Below are positions 48,567 to 57,591 of a DNA stretch of 64,000 bases, one piece after another; the stretch's first letter is position 1, and each line of letters opens with the position of its first letter. The stretch lies in the IMG/VR virus record IMGVR_UViG_3300020048_000109, positions 7,580 to 71,579 of that record; one strand, given 5' to 3'. The notes under the pieces are model-generated. The model did not search any database. It worked only from the letters and a program-made list of their open reading frames with translations, and was not told the origin of the DNA. The stretch is from a virus (lineage: Duplodnaviria > Caudoviricetes). Made by a program: the position numbers and the translations under genes.

Positions 48567-51500
48567 TATACTTTGTTTTTATTTCTTAATTTATCATAGT
48601 CGGCAATGGAATCTTTAATTTCTTTGGCGTTTTTAAGGTCGTTGCTCATATAAGCAATGACGCCATTGGAATCTAATTTTTCAAGGATATCACTGTTTCT
48701 GTTTAATGCGGCCGTTAAAAGCGCATCATTTGAATTGCCTGGTAAAGAAACACCATCAACACTTGCCGGTTGCCTTGAAGCTTCAGGATAAAAACCGTTT
48801 TCAAAACCTTTTACCCGGGCAATTTCGCGGTGCAAAGCGTATTTAATATCGGGATTTATTTGTTTGTAAGCTGCACTGTCTATAATTAACTCAGGACCGT
48901 TTTCACCGGCCATAAATACGGTTGGTTTGTTTACCATCCCGGAAGAAGTTTGTCCGCCAAACGAGGCGTTAAACTGTTTTCCGTCTTGTGATCTGGTTAC
49001 CGGATACAAACCACCTTCAAAACCAGTAATTGCAGAACCAACTATTGTAGCAATTTGAGCGGCTGCATTTAATTTAGCTGCCAAAACAGATGCGGTCATT
49101 GTTGCTACAGAAACGGCTTTCATTGGGTTTGGAATACCAGGAGGTATTATAGCAGGAACTGCAAGATCCGCAGCTCTCGCCAATCCAATTGATTTTGTAG
49201 TTGATGCTATAATTTCGGCTACAGCCAAGGCTTTTTCCAAAGCAAACATCACCTTATACATAGCTGTTTTTTTACCGAATAAACCTGCTAACGTTGTTAA
49301 ACCAACGTGCATTATATTAGACTTCGCTTTCTCTAAATCATCTTCAGCCTTTTTTAAACCCTCTTTGGCTTTTTTATCCAGTGCAGCATATTCATCATCA
49401 CTTTTCTTTTTATCTGCTTTTTTCTTTTCACCCCATTTATTTCGTACAGCATCAATTTCAGCCTGTTTGGCTTCTTCCAAGCCTGCAGCAACAATAGTTT
49501 CAAAGCCGGCTTCTTCTGCCATTTTTAAAAACTTATTTTCAATACGAATTATTTCTTCTTCTTCTGCCCTGTTTTTCTCATCAAATTTTAATAATTCTTT
49601 TTGCAACGCCTGATCTGCTTCAAAATCGGCTAAAAACTCAGCTAATTTTTTCTTTGAATCTAAAATTGCCTGGTCTTCGGGTGTCAATACATCTTTAGCA
49701 TCACCGGTTCCGCCACCGCCACCACCGCCTTCTTTATTTACTTTTTGCCAAGCGCCATTTTTAAAAACAAAATCAACACCGTTTTCTGACATTGTATCCC
49801 CTTCTTTTGGTCCACCGCCACCACCACCGCCACCACTTGCTGTTGCTTTGGCGTTAATTCTTAATTGTGCATCATATAATTGCTTTGCCGTCTCAGTTTC
49901 TTCTTTGGTTAAAGCAATTAACTGTTGTTTGTTTGCAACGGCTGTTTTTGTATTGGCCATACTCATTGCAAAAACATTACCGCCCGTTTTAATGAGATTC
50001 CACGATTTCTCCATCCACCCGATATTATCTTCCAAACTTGCATTTTCAGCCTCTTGCTGTGCGGCCACCTTCTTTTTCCAGTCATTCAATAAAATATCGG
50101 CCATTATTTCACGCTCTTTAGCTTCAATATATTTGTTTAATTTATCGGTAGCATCGAGCGTGCGTGCGCTTTCTATGGTTAAATTGTTGTTGTATTCCGG
50201 TACAATTTTATTTAATTCATCAACTGCTTTTTGGCGCTCTTGTTTGGATCTGGTTTCATCCCGGGCAGTTTCCAATAACAATTTTAAATTTTCTCTTTCA
50301 AAACCTATTTGTTTGTTTGCCTCTTTAACGGCATCATTTAACATAGTTTGTTTTGTGGCGGCTTCTTTTGAAGCATCAGAAAAAGCGATGTATGCAACGG
50401 CTGCAGCCGCTACTAAACCAACCAATAAACCTACAGGAGATAATTTGGTTGCTAAATTAAAGGCAACCATAGCTTCTTTTGCCAATACTAATTGACCGGT
50501 TAATAAATAGTAAGCCGCCTTACCTAAAGCTATTGCCGCCGTTAAAAAGTTGGTGCTTATGGTTGTTGCTTTTTGTATTAAATTGTAAGATGCAGTGCCT
50601 ATGGTGGCGCTTTCTGTCCAAAATGTTGCCAATTTTATGGCCGTTCTATAAGAAACAATGGCAGTGGTTAAAATTAATGCAGTTTTTATAAGTGCAATTA
50701 AGCCATTGCGCCAAAAAGTTGTTTTCTCTTCGGCATCTTCTGTGGCGCCAATAAATTTGGCAAACCATTCAACTGCGGTGGTTAAGCCTTTTACCAATGA
50801 TTCGGAAGAAAACATTCCCACCATTGTTTTTTTAACTTTCTCTAAAGTTGCCGCTAAGTTGCTGTTTTTTATGCCGTATTCATCAGTTAAAGAAGTGGCA
50901 TCAATCATTGAATCGTTAGAGAGTTTCAATAATTCACGGAAACGCTCCATATTGTTTCCTGCAGCTCCAACAATTTTATTGGCCCCGTCGGCATTTACGC
51001 CTAAATATTGTAATGTTTGAGCCGTTTCTGTGGCATTCATTCCTTTTAATCCGTCAGAAAATTGCAAGAAGAATTCGGTAGGATTGGAATTGATCATTGC
51101 TTTTACTTCTTCGGTGGTAATGCCCATTACTTTGGCAAACTTATCCGATTCGGTAGAAGCTTGTTTTAAGAAGATATTGTATGCACGTGCAGAGATTTCC
51201 GCTTCAATACCACTTTCTTCAAAAGCGGTACCCAATGCCAATGCATCAGCAATTGAAGGTTTTAAAGCACCGGGCAAAGAACCCAAGCGCGTGGCGAAAT
51301 TGGCAATGTTTTGTTCGGTTGCCACACCATTTGCGCCCAGCTCATTAATGGCAGAACCTATGGCATTGTAAGCTAAATCTACCCCAAGATCTTTGGTTTC
51401 AGCAAACAAAAATTTAAGTTTCCCAAGTACAGAAGCAACTTCCGAAACGCCACCGGTAAAACTATCGCCCAATGCCACTGTGGCTTTATTCATAACATCC

Positions 51501-52228
51501 ACAAAAGCGCCTATTTCTTCGGTTGCAATTCCAATACGCCCACCTTCTTCCGCAATTTTTAATAAATCGATTCTTGAAGTACGGGTAAGCAACATTCCAA
51601 AAGATTTGGTTAACTCATCGACTTCCTCTTTTGTCATCCCGGTTGTTTTACGAACATCGGACATTGCATCGGAGAGTTTGCCGTTATAGTCAATCATTTT
51701 TTGCAAAGACAACACAACACCGGTTCCCATTGCGATAACGGAAGCGCCCAAGGCGGCATATTTATTAAAACCATCGGCCAAAGATGATAATGATAATTTT
51801 GCCGTTGCTGCTTTGCCTTTAAGTTCATCCATTCTTGCGGACACCTGCCTTAATTCTTCTTTATATCGGGTGTAAGCTTCGCCACCAGGAACAGCATTAA
51901 GCAATTGCATTTTTAACAATTTGGCTTTTTGCCCCAATTGATTCATTGTTAAACCAGTGATGCCAATCTCTTTTTGAAGGGCTTCCATTTTGGTTTTATT
52001 CAATCCTAAAACAACATTGTTAGCTTTTATTTCTGCGGATAGTTTTTTGTAAGCTTCGGATTCTTTTTTGCCTTCAGCAACCAATTTAGCTTTGGCGGCC
52101 GACAATTCTTTATTTGCCTTGGTAACTTCACGGGTTGACTTTTCTAAATCCAACAATTCCTTTTGCGCGGAATTGCCGTTGATGATAATGTTTAGGCGGA
52201 TATTTTCATCGGAGATTGTCTTGGCCAT
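48566..52228 (-). CDS. Tape measure protein B (likely start ATG 52228)
   Basis: LSDAMSDVRKTTG, IAEEGGRIG TMP core; C-terminal GFEGG...MAGENGPELII; the late-promoter -7 box at 52247-52254 overlaps the ORF-track start. Confidence 0.92.
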   Translation of the reverse strand: MAKTISDENIRLNIIINGNSAQKELLDLEKSTREVTKANKELSAAKAKLVAEGKKESEAYKKLSAEIKANNVVLGLNKTKMEALQKEIGITGLTMNQLGQKAKLLKMQLLNAVPGGEAYTRYKEELRQVSARMDELKGKAATAKLSLSSLADGFNKYAALGASVIAMGTGVVLSLQKMIDYNGKLSDAMSDVRKTTGMTKEEVDELTKSFGMLLTRTSRIDLLKIAEEGGRIGIATEEIGAFVDVMNKATVALGDSFTGGVSEVASVLGKLKFLFAETKDLGVDLAYNAIGSAINELGANGVATEQNIANFATRLGSLPGALKPSIADALALGTAFEESGIEAEISARAYNIFLKQASTESDKFAKVMGITTEEVKAMINSNPTEFFLQFSDGLKGMNATETAQTLQYLGVNADGANKIVGAAGNNMERFRELLKLSNDSMIDATSLTDEYGIKNSNLAATLEKVKKTMVGMFSSESLVKGLTTAVEWFAKFIGATEDAEEKTTFWRNGLIALIKTALILTTAIVSYRTAIKLATFWTESATIGTASYNLIQKATTISTNFLTAAIALGKAAYYLLTGQLVLAKEAMVAFNLATKLSPVGLLVGLVAAAAVAYIAFSDASKEAATKQTMLNDAVKEANKQIGFERENLKLLLETARDETRSKQERQKAVDELNKIVPEYNNNLTIESARTLDATDKLNKYIEAKEREIMADILLNDWKKKVAAQQEAENASLEDNIGWMEKSWNLIKTGGNVFAMSMANTKTAVANKQQLIALTKEETETAKQLYDAQLRINAKATASGGGGGGGGPKEGDTMSENGVDFVFKNGAWQKVNKEGGGGGGGTGDAKDVLTPEDQAILDSKKKLAEFLADFEADQALQKELLKFDEKNRAEEEEIIRIENKFLKMAEEAGFETIVAAGLEEAKQAEIDAVRNKWGEKKKADKKKSDDEYAALDKKAKEGLKKAEDDLEKAKSNIMHVGLTTLAGLFGKKTAMYKVMFALEKALAVAEIIASTTKSIGLARAADLAVPAIIPPGIPNPMKAVSVATMTASVLAAKLNAAAQIATIVGSAITGFEGGLYPVTRSQDGKQFNASFGGQTSSGMVNKPTVFMAGENGPELIIDSAAYKQINPDIKYALHREIARVKGFENGFYPEASRQPASVDGVSLPGNSNDALLTAALNRNSDILEKLDSNGVIAYMSNDLKNAKEIKDSIADYDKLRNKNKV

Positions 52229-52246
52229 AATCTTGTAGATTTTTAT

Positions 52247-52281
52247 CAAGATTAAATGATTGGCCGGTGGTTTTTAAGACA
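52247..52281 (-). promoter_or_regulatory. Phage B late promoter candidate (TGTCTTAAA-N18-TAATCTTG)
   Basis: Upstream of TMP B. Confidence 0.7.
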
Positions 52282-52284
52282 TGA

Positions 52285-52313
52285 GAAAAACCACCCGGTT
52301 AGGAGTGGTTTTT
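52285..52313. terminator. Intrinsic terminator hairpin
   Basis: AAAAACCAC-CCGGTTAGGA-GTGGTTTTT. Confidence 0.55.
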
Positions 52314-52337
52314 GCATATATGAAGTGAATTTATTTG

Positions 52338-52739
52338 TTATTCAATCATTTGAAACAGTGACAAATTTAACATTGTGGTTACCTGGTTATCAATATCAAT
52401 CAATGTTAAGATATCACCATTACATTTCCAAAGAGCGCCTGCATCAATGGTGGTTTTTTTGCTGACTAAATCATCCATATTTCGGTATAAACTTTCGCAC
52501 TGGGTGGCTTCCATTAATTGTTGGGCCGTAATTTCTTCATCAATAAAACTTTGAAATTCATTTTCATCAAAATACAATTGTTTGCCTGTGCTAAATTGAA
52601 TGAGTAAAGGATTTAAATTGATGAATTGTTGGTGGCTTAATAGTTTTACGGCGATGTCTTTTAAACTTCCGTATTTAAAAACAACAGCTTCGTTTCCCAG
52701 AAATTTGACTGTAATTGAAGGTATTTTATTCATCTTCAT
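52338..52739 (-). CDS. Hypothetical protein
   Basis: 133-aa ORF. Confidence 0.6.
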   Translation of the reverse strand: MKMNKIPSITVKFLGNEAVVFKYGSLKDIAVKLLSHQQFINLNPLLIQFSTGKQLYFDENEFQSFIDEEITAQQLMEATQCESLYRNMDDLVSKKTTIDAGALWKCNGDILTLIDIDNQVTTMLNLSLFQMIE

Positions 52740-53106
52740 CTAAGATTAAAGATTCCTGTTCAATTTGATCATTTGAAAAGCCCTGAATAATTTCCGAAAA
52801 GGCTTTCAGTTGAATTGTTGATGCCAACATTTGCCTTCTGAGGTCTAAATCGCTGGCAATTTCTGTATCTAAAAAAAGTTCAAATAATTCTAATTGACTT
52901 TTAATATTTTCTAAAATTTCTTCTTTTGTAGTCTTTAGGAAGAACGCTCCTAATTGATTGTAAAAGGGTAAATTAACTTTTTTTTTTAAGGTTTCTTTTT
53001 TTTTCGTAAGCATTTTTATTTGAGATTTTAACGCATGCGAGCTTACCTTTAGGTTTCTCAAACCGTTTTTGGACGGAGTAGCAACCCTTTCGGAACTGCT
53101 AACCAT
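52726..53106 (-). CDS. Hypothetical protein; true start probably downstream of the structured leader (MLTKKK)
   Basis: The first ~30 codons overlap the inverted-repeat element. Confidence 0.55.
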   Translation of the reverse strand: MVSSSERVATPSKNGLRNLKVSSHALKSQIKMLTKKKETLKKKVNLPFYNQLGAFFLKTTKEEILENIKSQLELFELFLDTEIASDLDLRRQMLASTIQLKAFSEIIQGFSNDQIEQESLILDEDE

Positions 53107-53170
53107 TGATAAGCCCTTATCAATAAAATTTATTTTCAGATTTCTCCAAAAACGGTTTGAGACGTTAAAA
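53050..53170 (-). ncRNA. Multi-branched structured leader / candidate regulatory RNA
   Basis: 18-bp outer inverted repeat TCTCAAACCGTTTTTGGA / TCCAAAAACGGTTTGAGA enclosing two hairpins. Confidence 0.45.
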
Positions 53171-53309
53171 GTACATTAAATATTTTAACTGTGTAGTATT
53201 GTGTAAGATTATATTAAATTTTTTGAATTTAGGATGTGCGTTCGCATACGAAAACCTATGGCATTCAAGTGAAAATAAGTAACTTTACCATTAATTTAAA
53301 TTTTACCAA

Positions 53310-53696
53310 ATGAAAAATGTATTTTTTACCCTGATTTTATTATTGACATCAACCTTCATTTTTTCGCAGGAGTTTACTTATAAGAAAGTAATTTCCACCA
53401 ATAATTTAGGTACCAATATTGTTTATATGAACGGATCTGTAAACATTGAAGATTCTTTTATTACCATTACTACTGAAGGTGTAGTTTCTAAAATGGAAGT
53501 TATTAAACAACAGGATTACGAAAATTCAAAAGTTTACCGGGTAATTCAACCAGAAGGATCTGATTATGAAATTAGGATTTCATTTACGATAAATGAATTG
53601 GTTAAAAAGGATAAATACCTGCTGAGTTATGAAATGAAAGACCATTTCAGAAATGAGATTAGTACGCTCGCCTATTATTTAATACCTACCAAATAA
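53310..53696 (+). CDS. Secreted protein (moron)
   Basis: Signal peptide MKNVFFTLILLLTSTFIFSQ; antisense to the phage operon. Confidence 0.75.
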   Translation: MKNVFFTLILLLTSTFIFSQEFTYKKVISTNNLGTNIVYMNGSVNIEDSFITITTEGVVSKMEVIKQQDYENSKVYRVIQPEGSDYEIRISFTINELVKKDKYLLSYEMKDHFRNEISTLAYYLIPTK

Positions 53697-54166
53697 CACA
53701 AAAAAACCTGCTAATAGCAGGTTTTTAATTTTAAACTATTAATATTTTAAGGTAAAGAACCGGAAGCAGTAGCTATAACATAACTTCCATTACTGGTTGA
53801 ATTCTCAATTAATTTACCATTATAATATATTTCCGCTGTAATTGTGGCATTTGTATTATTTGTTTGTGCAGAGATATAAACAAAATCACCTTGTTCTCCA
53901 CTAAAAGAAATATTCCAACTACTTGATTGAATATCTTTTTGCTCAGTATTTCCAACAGCATTTTGATAGGTAATATCAAAGCCAGATTTATTACTAGTCA
54001 CTTTATATTCAACAATTCCAGAAGTGTCTTCTTCGCAACTTGTAAAAACAAGCGTAAAAAAGAAAAGCATAAATAACAATTTTTTCATAACATATAATTT
54101 ATTTGATTAAGAAGCGAATTTACACAAAAAAAACCTGCTAATAGCAGGTTTTTAATTTTAAACTAT
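53696..54166. repeat. ~44-bp direct repeat containing a terminator hairpin, flanking a lipoprotein gene
   Basis: ACACA(A)nCCTGCTAATAGCAGGTTTTTAATTTTAAACTAT at 53696-53739 and 54122-54166. Confidence 0.9.
53747..54088 (-). CDS. Lipoprotein (moron)
   Basis: MKKLLFMLFFFTLVFTSC lipobox followed by acidic EEDT. Confidence 0.8.
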   Translation of the reverse strand: MKKLLFMLFFFTLVFTSCEEDTSGIVEYKVTSNKSGFDITYQNAVGNTEQKDIQSSSWNISFSGEQGDFVYISAQTNNTNATITAEIYYNGKLIENSTSNGSYVIATASGSLP

Positions 54167-54337
54167 AAGACAATTTATAATTTTGTGAATGGTTTTTACG
54201 GCGCTTAATTTTTTACGGCGGTCTTCGTTATCGCCAGCAATGTCTTCGTCTAGGTAAATATCCAGCAAATCTGCCACTTGGGTTTGGGCGTTTAATAATT
54301 CTTCTTTTTCAATGCTTTGTAATTCTGGATTTTTCAT
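54158..54337 (-). CDS. Small acidic hypothetical protein (MKNPELQSIEKEELL...)
   Basis: 59-aa ORF translated manually; its stop lies in the direct repeat. Confidence 0.5.
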   Translation of the reverse strand: MKNPELQSIEKEELLNAQTQVADLLDIYLDEDIAGDNEDRRKKLSAVKTIHKIINCLIV

Positions 54338-54368
54338 ATTTTAATTTTTAAATTAATGCCTAAATTAC

Positions 54369-54746
54369 TTATATATTAGTATTATCCAACTGATTTAAAT
54401 TATTTTTAACAGCATCAGAAAAACCGAAGGCCAGTTCTCTAACGATATTGTTGAGATGACCGAAGATTGGTTTGTTGTGAATTGGATGGTTTTTCTTTTT
54501 ATTTACGCCACCATTTTTAACCCTTGTTTTCATATCCACAAAGCGATGTACTTTCTTTTGCGTGTACACCAACGTATTGTTTTGTACGGAAAAATTACGC
54601 TGAGACCAAAATGCAGAAGAGAAACCTGACATTCTTTTTTTGATGTCGCCATCTAACTCGGTACCGCTTTTTCCCAACACCATTTCAATAAAACGGCCTT
54701 GAATAACGGCATCTCTGGTTTTTTGGCGGTCGGTTCTTAAACTCAT
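54369..54746 (-). CDS. Putative tail completion-type protein
   Basis: Basic; RFVDMK and IHNKPIFG; analogous to 26079..26462. Confidence 0.5.
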   Translation of the reverse strand: MSLRTDRQKTRDAVIQGRFIEMVLGKSGTELDGDIKKRMSGFSSAFWSQRNFSVQNNTLVYTQKKVHRFVDMKTRVKNGGVNKKKNHPIHNKPIFGHLNNIVRELAFGFSDAVKNNLNQLDNTNI

Positions 54747-54922
54747 TTTAAATTAATTTGGATAACACTTAGTGTTAATAATATTTCGAGCATTGTACCT
54801 AAACTTGGTTGTTTGCGATGGCGGTAATTGTAAACCACTTGTTTGTCGAGCCCGGAACGTTTTTTAAAATCTTTTTTATTCACTTCAACAGTGAACAATT
54901 CCTCAATTTGTTTGGTTGTCAT
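54743..54922 (-). CDS. Small HTH-like protein (MTTKQIEELF...)
   Basis: 59 aa translated manually; SGLDKQVVYNYR...PSLGTML; ATGA overlap with 54746. Confidence 0.5.
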   Translation of the reverse strand: MTTKQIEELFTVEVNKKDFKKRSGLDKQVVYNYRHRKQPSLGTMLEILLTLSVIQINLK

Positions 54923-54959
54923 AAAATTTATTTGGTAAACAAATATACGACTTTTAAAA

Positions 54960-55448
54960 CTAAAAAGGTGTTTCCATGCTAAAATCTATTTCATAACCAT
55001 CGCAACCGGAAAATGCCCAAATTGGATTGAGATCAATACTTGAGATGTTTAAATATTTCATTAAAGCGCAAGGAACTTCATCATTCAATTTGTCGGCACG
55101 CATTTTCAACACAATTAATCTGGTTAATTGTTGTGCTTCGGTTAGGTTATTTAAAAAAGTATTGTGATCCTGATCGGAACGTGTTACTTTTTTGAGCAAT
55201 AACATTGAAGCCACATCTTCCGATTGGATGGAATCTACATCGCCCATTGGTTTGTGTTTGGGAATGATGCCCAAAAGAATGTATTTTCCGTTATCCGGAA
55301 AGTCTTCCAAAAACTTGTTAATTTGGGAATCATCAATAACAGCTTCGGCCATTTCTATTTCAGGGAAAAAACTTTTTAACCCGGTTAAGTATGTTCTAAA
55401 ATCGGAAATTATTAGCATCTTATTTTTGTTTTTGTTTGCTGTTGGCAA
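54960..55448 (-). CDS. Putative tail terminator-like protein
   Basis: Position in the connector cluster; C-terminal GCDGYEIDFSM. Confidence 0.5.
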   Translation of the reverse strand: MPTANKNKNKMLIISDFRTYLTGLKSFFPEIEMAEAVIDDSQINKFLEDFPDNGKYILLGIIPKHKPMGDVDSIQSEDVASMLLLKKVTRSDQDHNTFLNNLTEAQQLTRLIVLKMRADKLNDEVPCALMKYLNISSIDLNPIWAFSGCDGYEIDFSMETPF

Positions 55449-56313
55449 TTACATCTAAATCCCTTTTGCGAATGTCGTACAGGCGCACCAATATTTCCCA
55501 CAGTGGCGTTTCGCGCACTTCTTTTAAGGTGCCAAATATGCCACTTTCGGCCACGGTATATAAAGTTGATTTCATTCCTATTCCCGGAACTTCGCTTTCG
55601 GTAAATTTACTGTCGTCGAATAAAATGGAAAGGTCAATTTCTTTTCCTTCGATGTACAGCTTTGCACTGGTCAGGTATTTTTGAAAACTGGCAAAAAGCA
55701 AGTAGAATCCATAAATCACGCCAATGTCCTGGATCTCGAATGCTTTTGCCAGCTCTGAAACTCTTTCAGCATTATATTTTATGCGGATATCTTTGGTAAA
55801 ATCTTCCACATTGGTTGACAATATTTTCTTTTCACGGTAAAAAGTAGCCATCAACATAAACAAATACTTGGTTTCTCGTGTTGCGTGGAAATCGGCAAAA
55901 TGTGACAAAGCATCCACATATTCCCCAAATTTCACATTGTTAAATTCATCGGTTGGACCGTAATAATTTGTGATGGCTCCGCGAATTTTATAAATTGGAT
56001 TGTTGATGTAATATTGCTTAATTACCTTTTGGTTTTCTTCTTCGCCTGCTTCAAAAAAGCTCTCAACTAACTCGGCCAACTGCGTAACATTGCTAAATTT
56101 AATGAGGTCGGTTTCATTATCAACTTTCTTGGAAGCTTTCATATTCATTAAATAATAAATGCCATGCACTTTTAATTCTTCAAAGTTGATTTGCTTTGTA
56201 AGCTCACGAAAAATGAGGTTGCACATATTAATGTATTGCTCCGCATCGCATTCGCCCAAATGTTCGGGAACGTATATTTTGATGTTTTTATCGGGAATTT
56301 CTACAATGTGCAT
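55420..56313 (-). CDS. Conserved phage morphogenesis protein (possible tail chaperone)
   Basis: 297 aa; VAESGIFG...LWEIL motif. Confidence 0.55.
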   Translation of the reverse strand: MHIVEIPDKNIKIYVPEHLGECDAEQYINMCNLIFRELTKQINFEELKVHGIYYLMNMKASKKVDNETDLIKFSNVTQLAELVESFFEAGEEENQKVIKQYYINNPIYKIRGAITNYYGPTDEFNNVKFGEYVDALSHFADFHATRETKYLFMLMATFYREKKILSTNVEDFTKDIRIKYNAERVSELAKAFEIQDIGVIYGFYLLFASFQKYLTSAKLYIEGKEIDLSILFDDSKFTESEVPGIGMKSTLYTVAESGIFGTLKEVRETPLWEILVRLYDIRKRDLDVIANSKQKQK

Positions 56314-56315
56314 AA

Positions 56316-56618
56316 TTATACCACTTGAAGTTTGTTGTTTAGCTTCACGTTATGCTCGGCCATTTTTGCGCCATATTTTAAATCGACCTGAAAACGGATT
56401 TCGGCCCTTGTTTTTTCATCCAAAGGAATGTATTTGGATCGTCGGTCTTTATCCCATTTGGTGTATTTCATTATGAGCCTGGTAATGTCGTACCGCAAAC
56501 GCAAACGCTGTTTGGTTTTGGTAACTACCGCCTTTTTTAATTTACGGTTTAACAGGTAAAAACTTAAATGTTTGCGCCACTCCCACAGAAAAAGGAAAAA
56601 TAATTTGATTGATTTCAT
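56316..56618 (-). CDS. Basic hypothetical protein
   Basis: 100-aa ORF in the late operon. Confidence 0.6.
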   Translation of the reverse strand: MKSIKLFFLFLWEWRKHLSFYLLNRKLKKAVVTKTKQRLRLRYDITRLIMKYTKWDKDRRSKYIPLDEKTRAEIRFQVDLKYGAKMAEHNVKLNNKLQVV

Positions 56619-56642
56619 AATAATTGTTTTGGTTTTGGTTTG

Positions 56643-57590
56643 TTAGGTACTCATAAATTTGTTGTAAACATCGTAGGCTGGCGTTAAGGGTTCTACCACC
56701 ACCAACGGTGCATTTATTTTGGTAATAATGGATTCAATGGCTGATAATGCCAACTTTGCATCTTCATCAAAATAAAATGCTGCAGAAAACGCTTCATTGA
56801 ATTCGGGTGATTTTTTGGCATTGATGGTCATTCTTTCAGAAGTAAATCCTTGCAATACGCCTTCAGGAAATAATTGCACAGACAAACGGCGCATTGCCCA
56901 AGCCATTGCACTATAAGCGCAGGCTTCTTTAATTTTATACAGCAACTCAGGATTGGTTGATGGCGTTGTTTTTAACGTGGCAAAAAGTTCGGCACCAATT
57001 CTTGGTTTAATGTCGTTGTCTTCGCATTTTCGAATACCAGGCGCCAATTTTAACACCAACAAACGAGAATTTCCGATAGGAAAGAACTGGTCGAAGTCGG
57101 CAGCATTGGCAATAAATAAGCTGTGGGTTGATTTATACTGATCTGTTAATTTCCAACTGACAATATTTTCATCCAAATACTTGATTAAGTCATCAAGTGC
57201 TTCATAGAAACTGCGCTCTAAAGCTTCATTATCTTTGTTAATCATCCACTCGAATGGCGTTTTCTCCTTGTCTTCAATGCGGTTGATACGGCCTTTGTTG
57301 GTATGGCTCACATCATTATGAGGCGCAAACTTTTTATAAGCCTGAATGGCAATTGGATTTCGAACGTTAAAAATGAGGTCATCATTTTTGGAAAGGTCGG
57401 CATCGGCTTTTTCATATTCAGCAACAGCCAAATCATATGTTTCTTTTCCTATTAAATTGATAACATCATTGGTTGCAGTGATGATTTTTGATTTTATGTT
57501 GGCAAATTTCAGGTCTAAATCTAAAAACCCAAGCAACGATTTTAATTCTTCATTACCTTTTCCGGCTACTTTTTCGAATAATAATTTCAT
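56643..57590 (-). CDS. Head-tail adaptor-like protein (DUF6712-like)
   Basis: Follows the portal; two internal helical repeats (IGKETY / IGAELF). Confidence 0.6.
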   Translation of the reverse strand: MKLLFEKVAGKGNEELKSLLGFLDLDLKFANIKSKIITATNDVINLIGKETYDLAVAEYEKADADLSKNDDLIFNVRNPIAIQAYKKFAPHNDVSHTNKGRINRIEDKEKTPFEWMINKDNEALERSFYEALDDLIKYLDENIVSWKLTDQYKSTHSLFIANAADFDQFFPIGNSRLLVLKLAPGIRKCEDNDIKPRIGAELFATLKTTPSTNPELLYKIKEACAYSAMAWAMRRLSVQLFPEGVLQGFTSERMTINAKKSPEFNEAFSAAFYFDEDAKLALSAIESIITKINAPLVVVEPLTPAYDVYNKFMST

Positions 57591-57591
57591 T

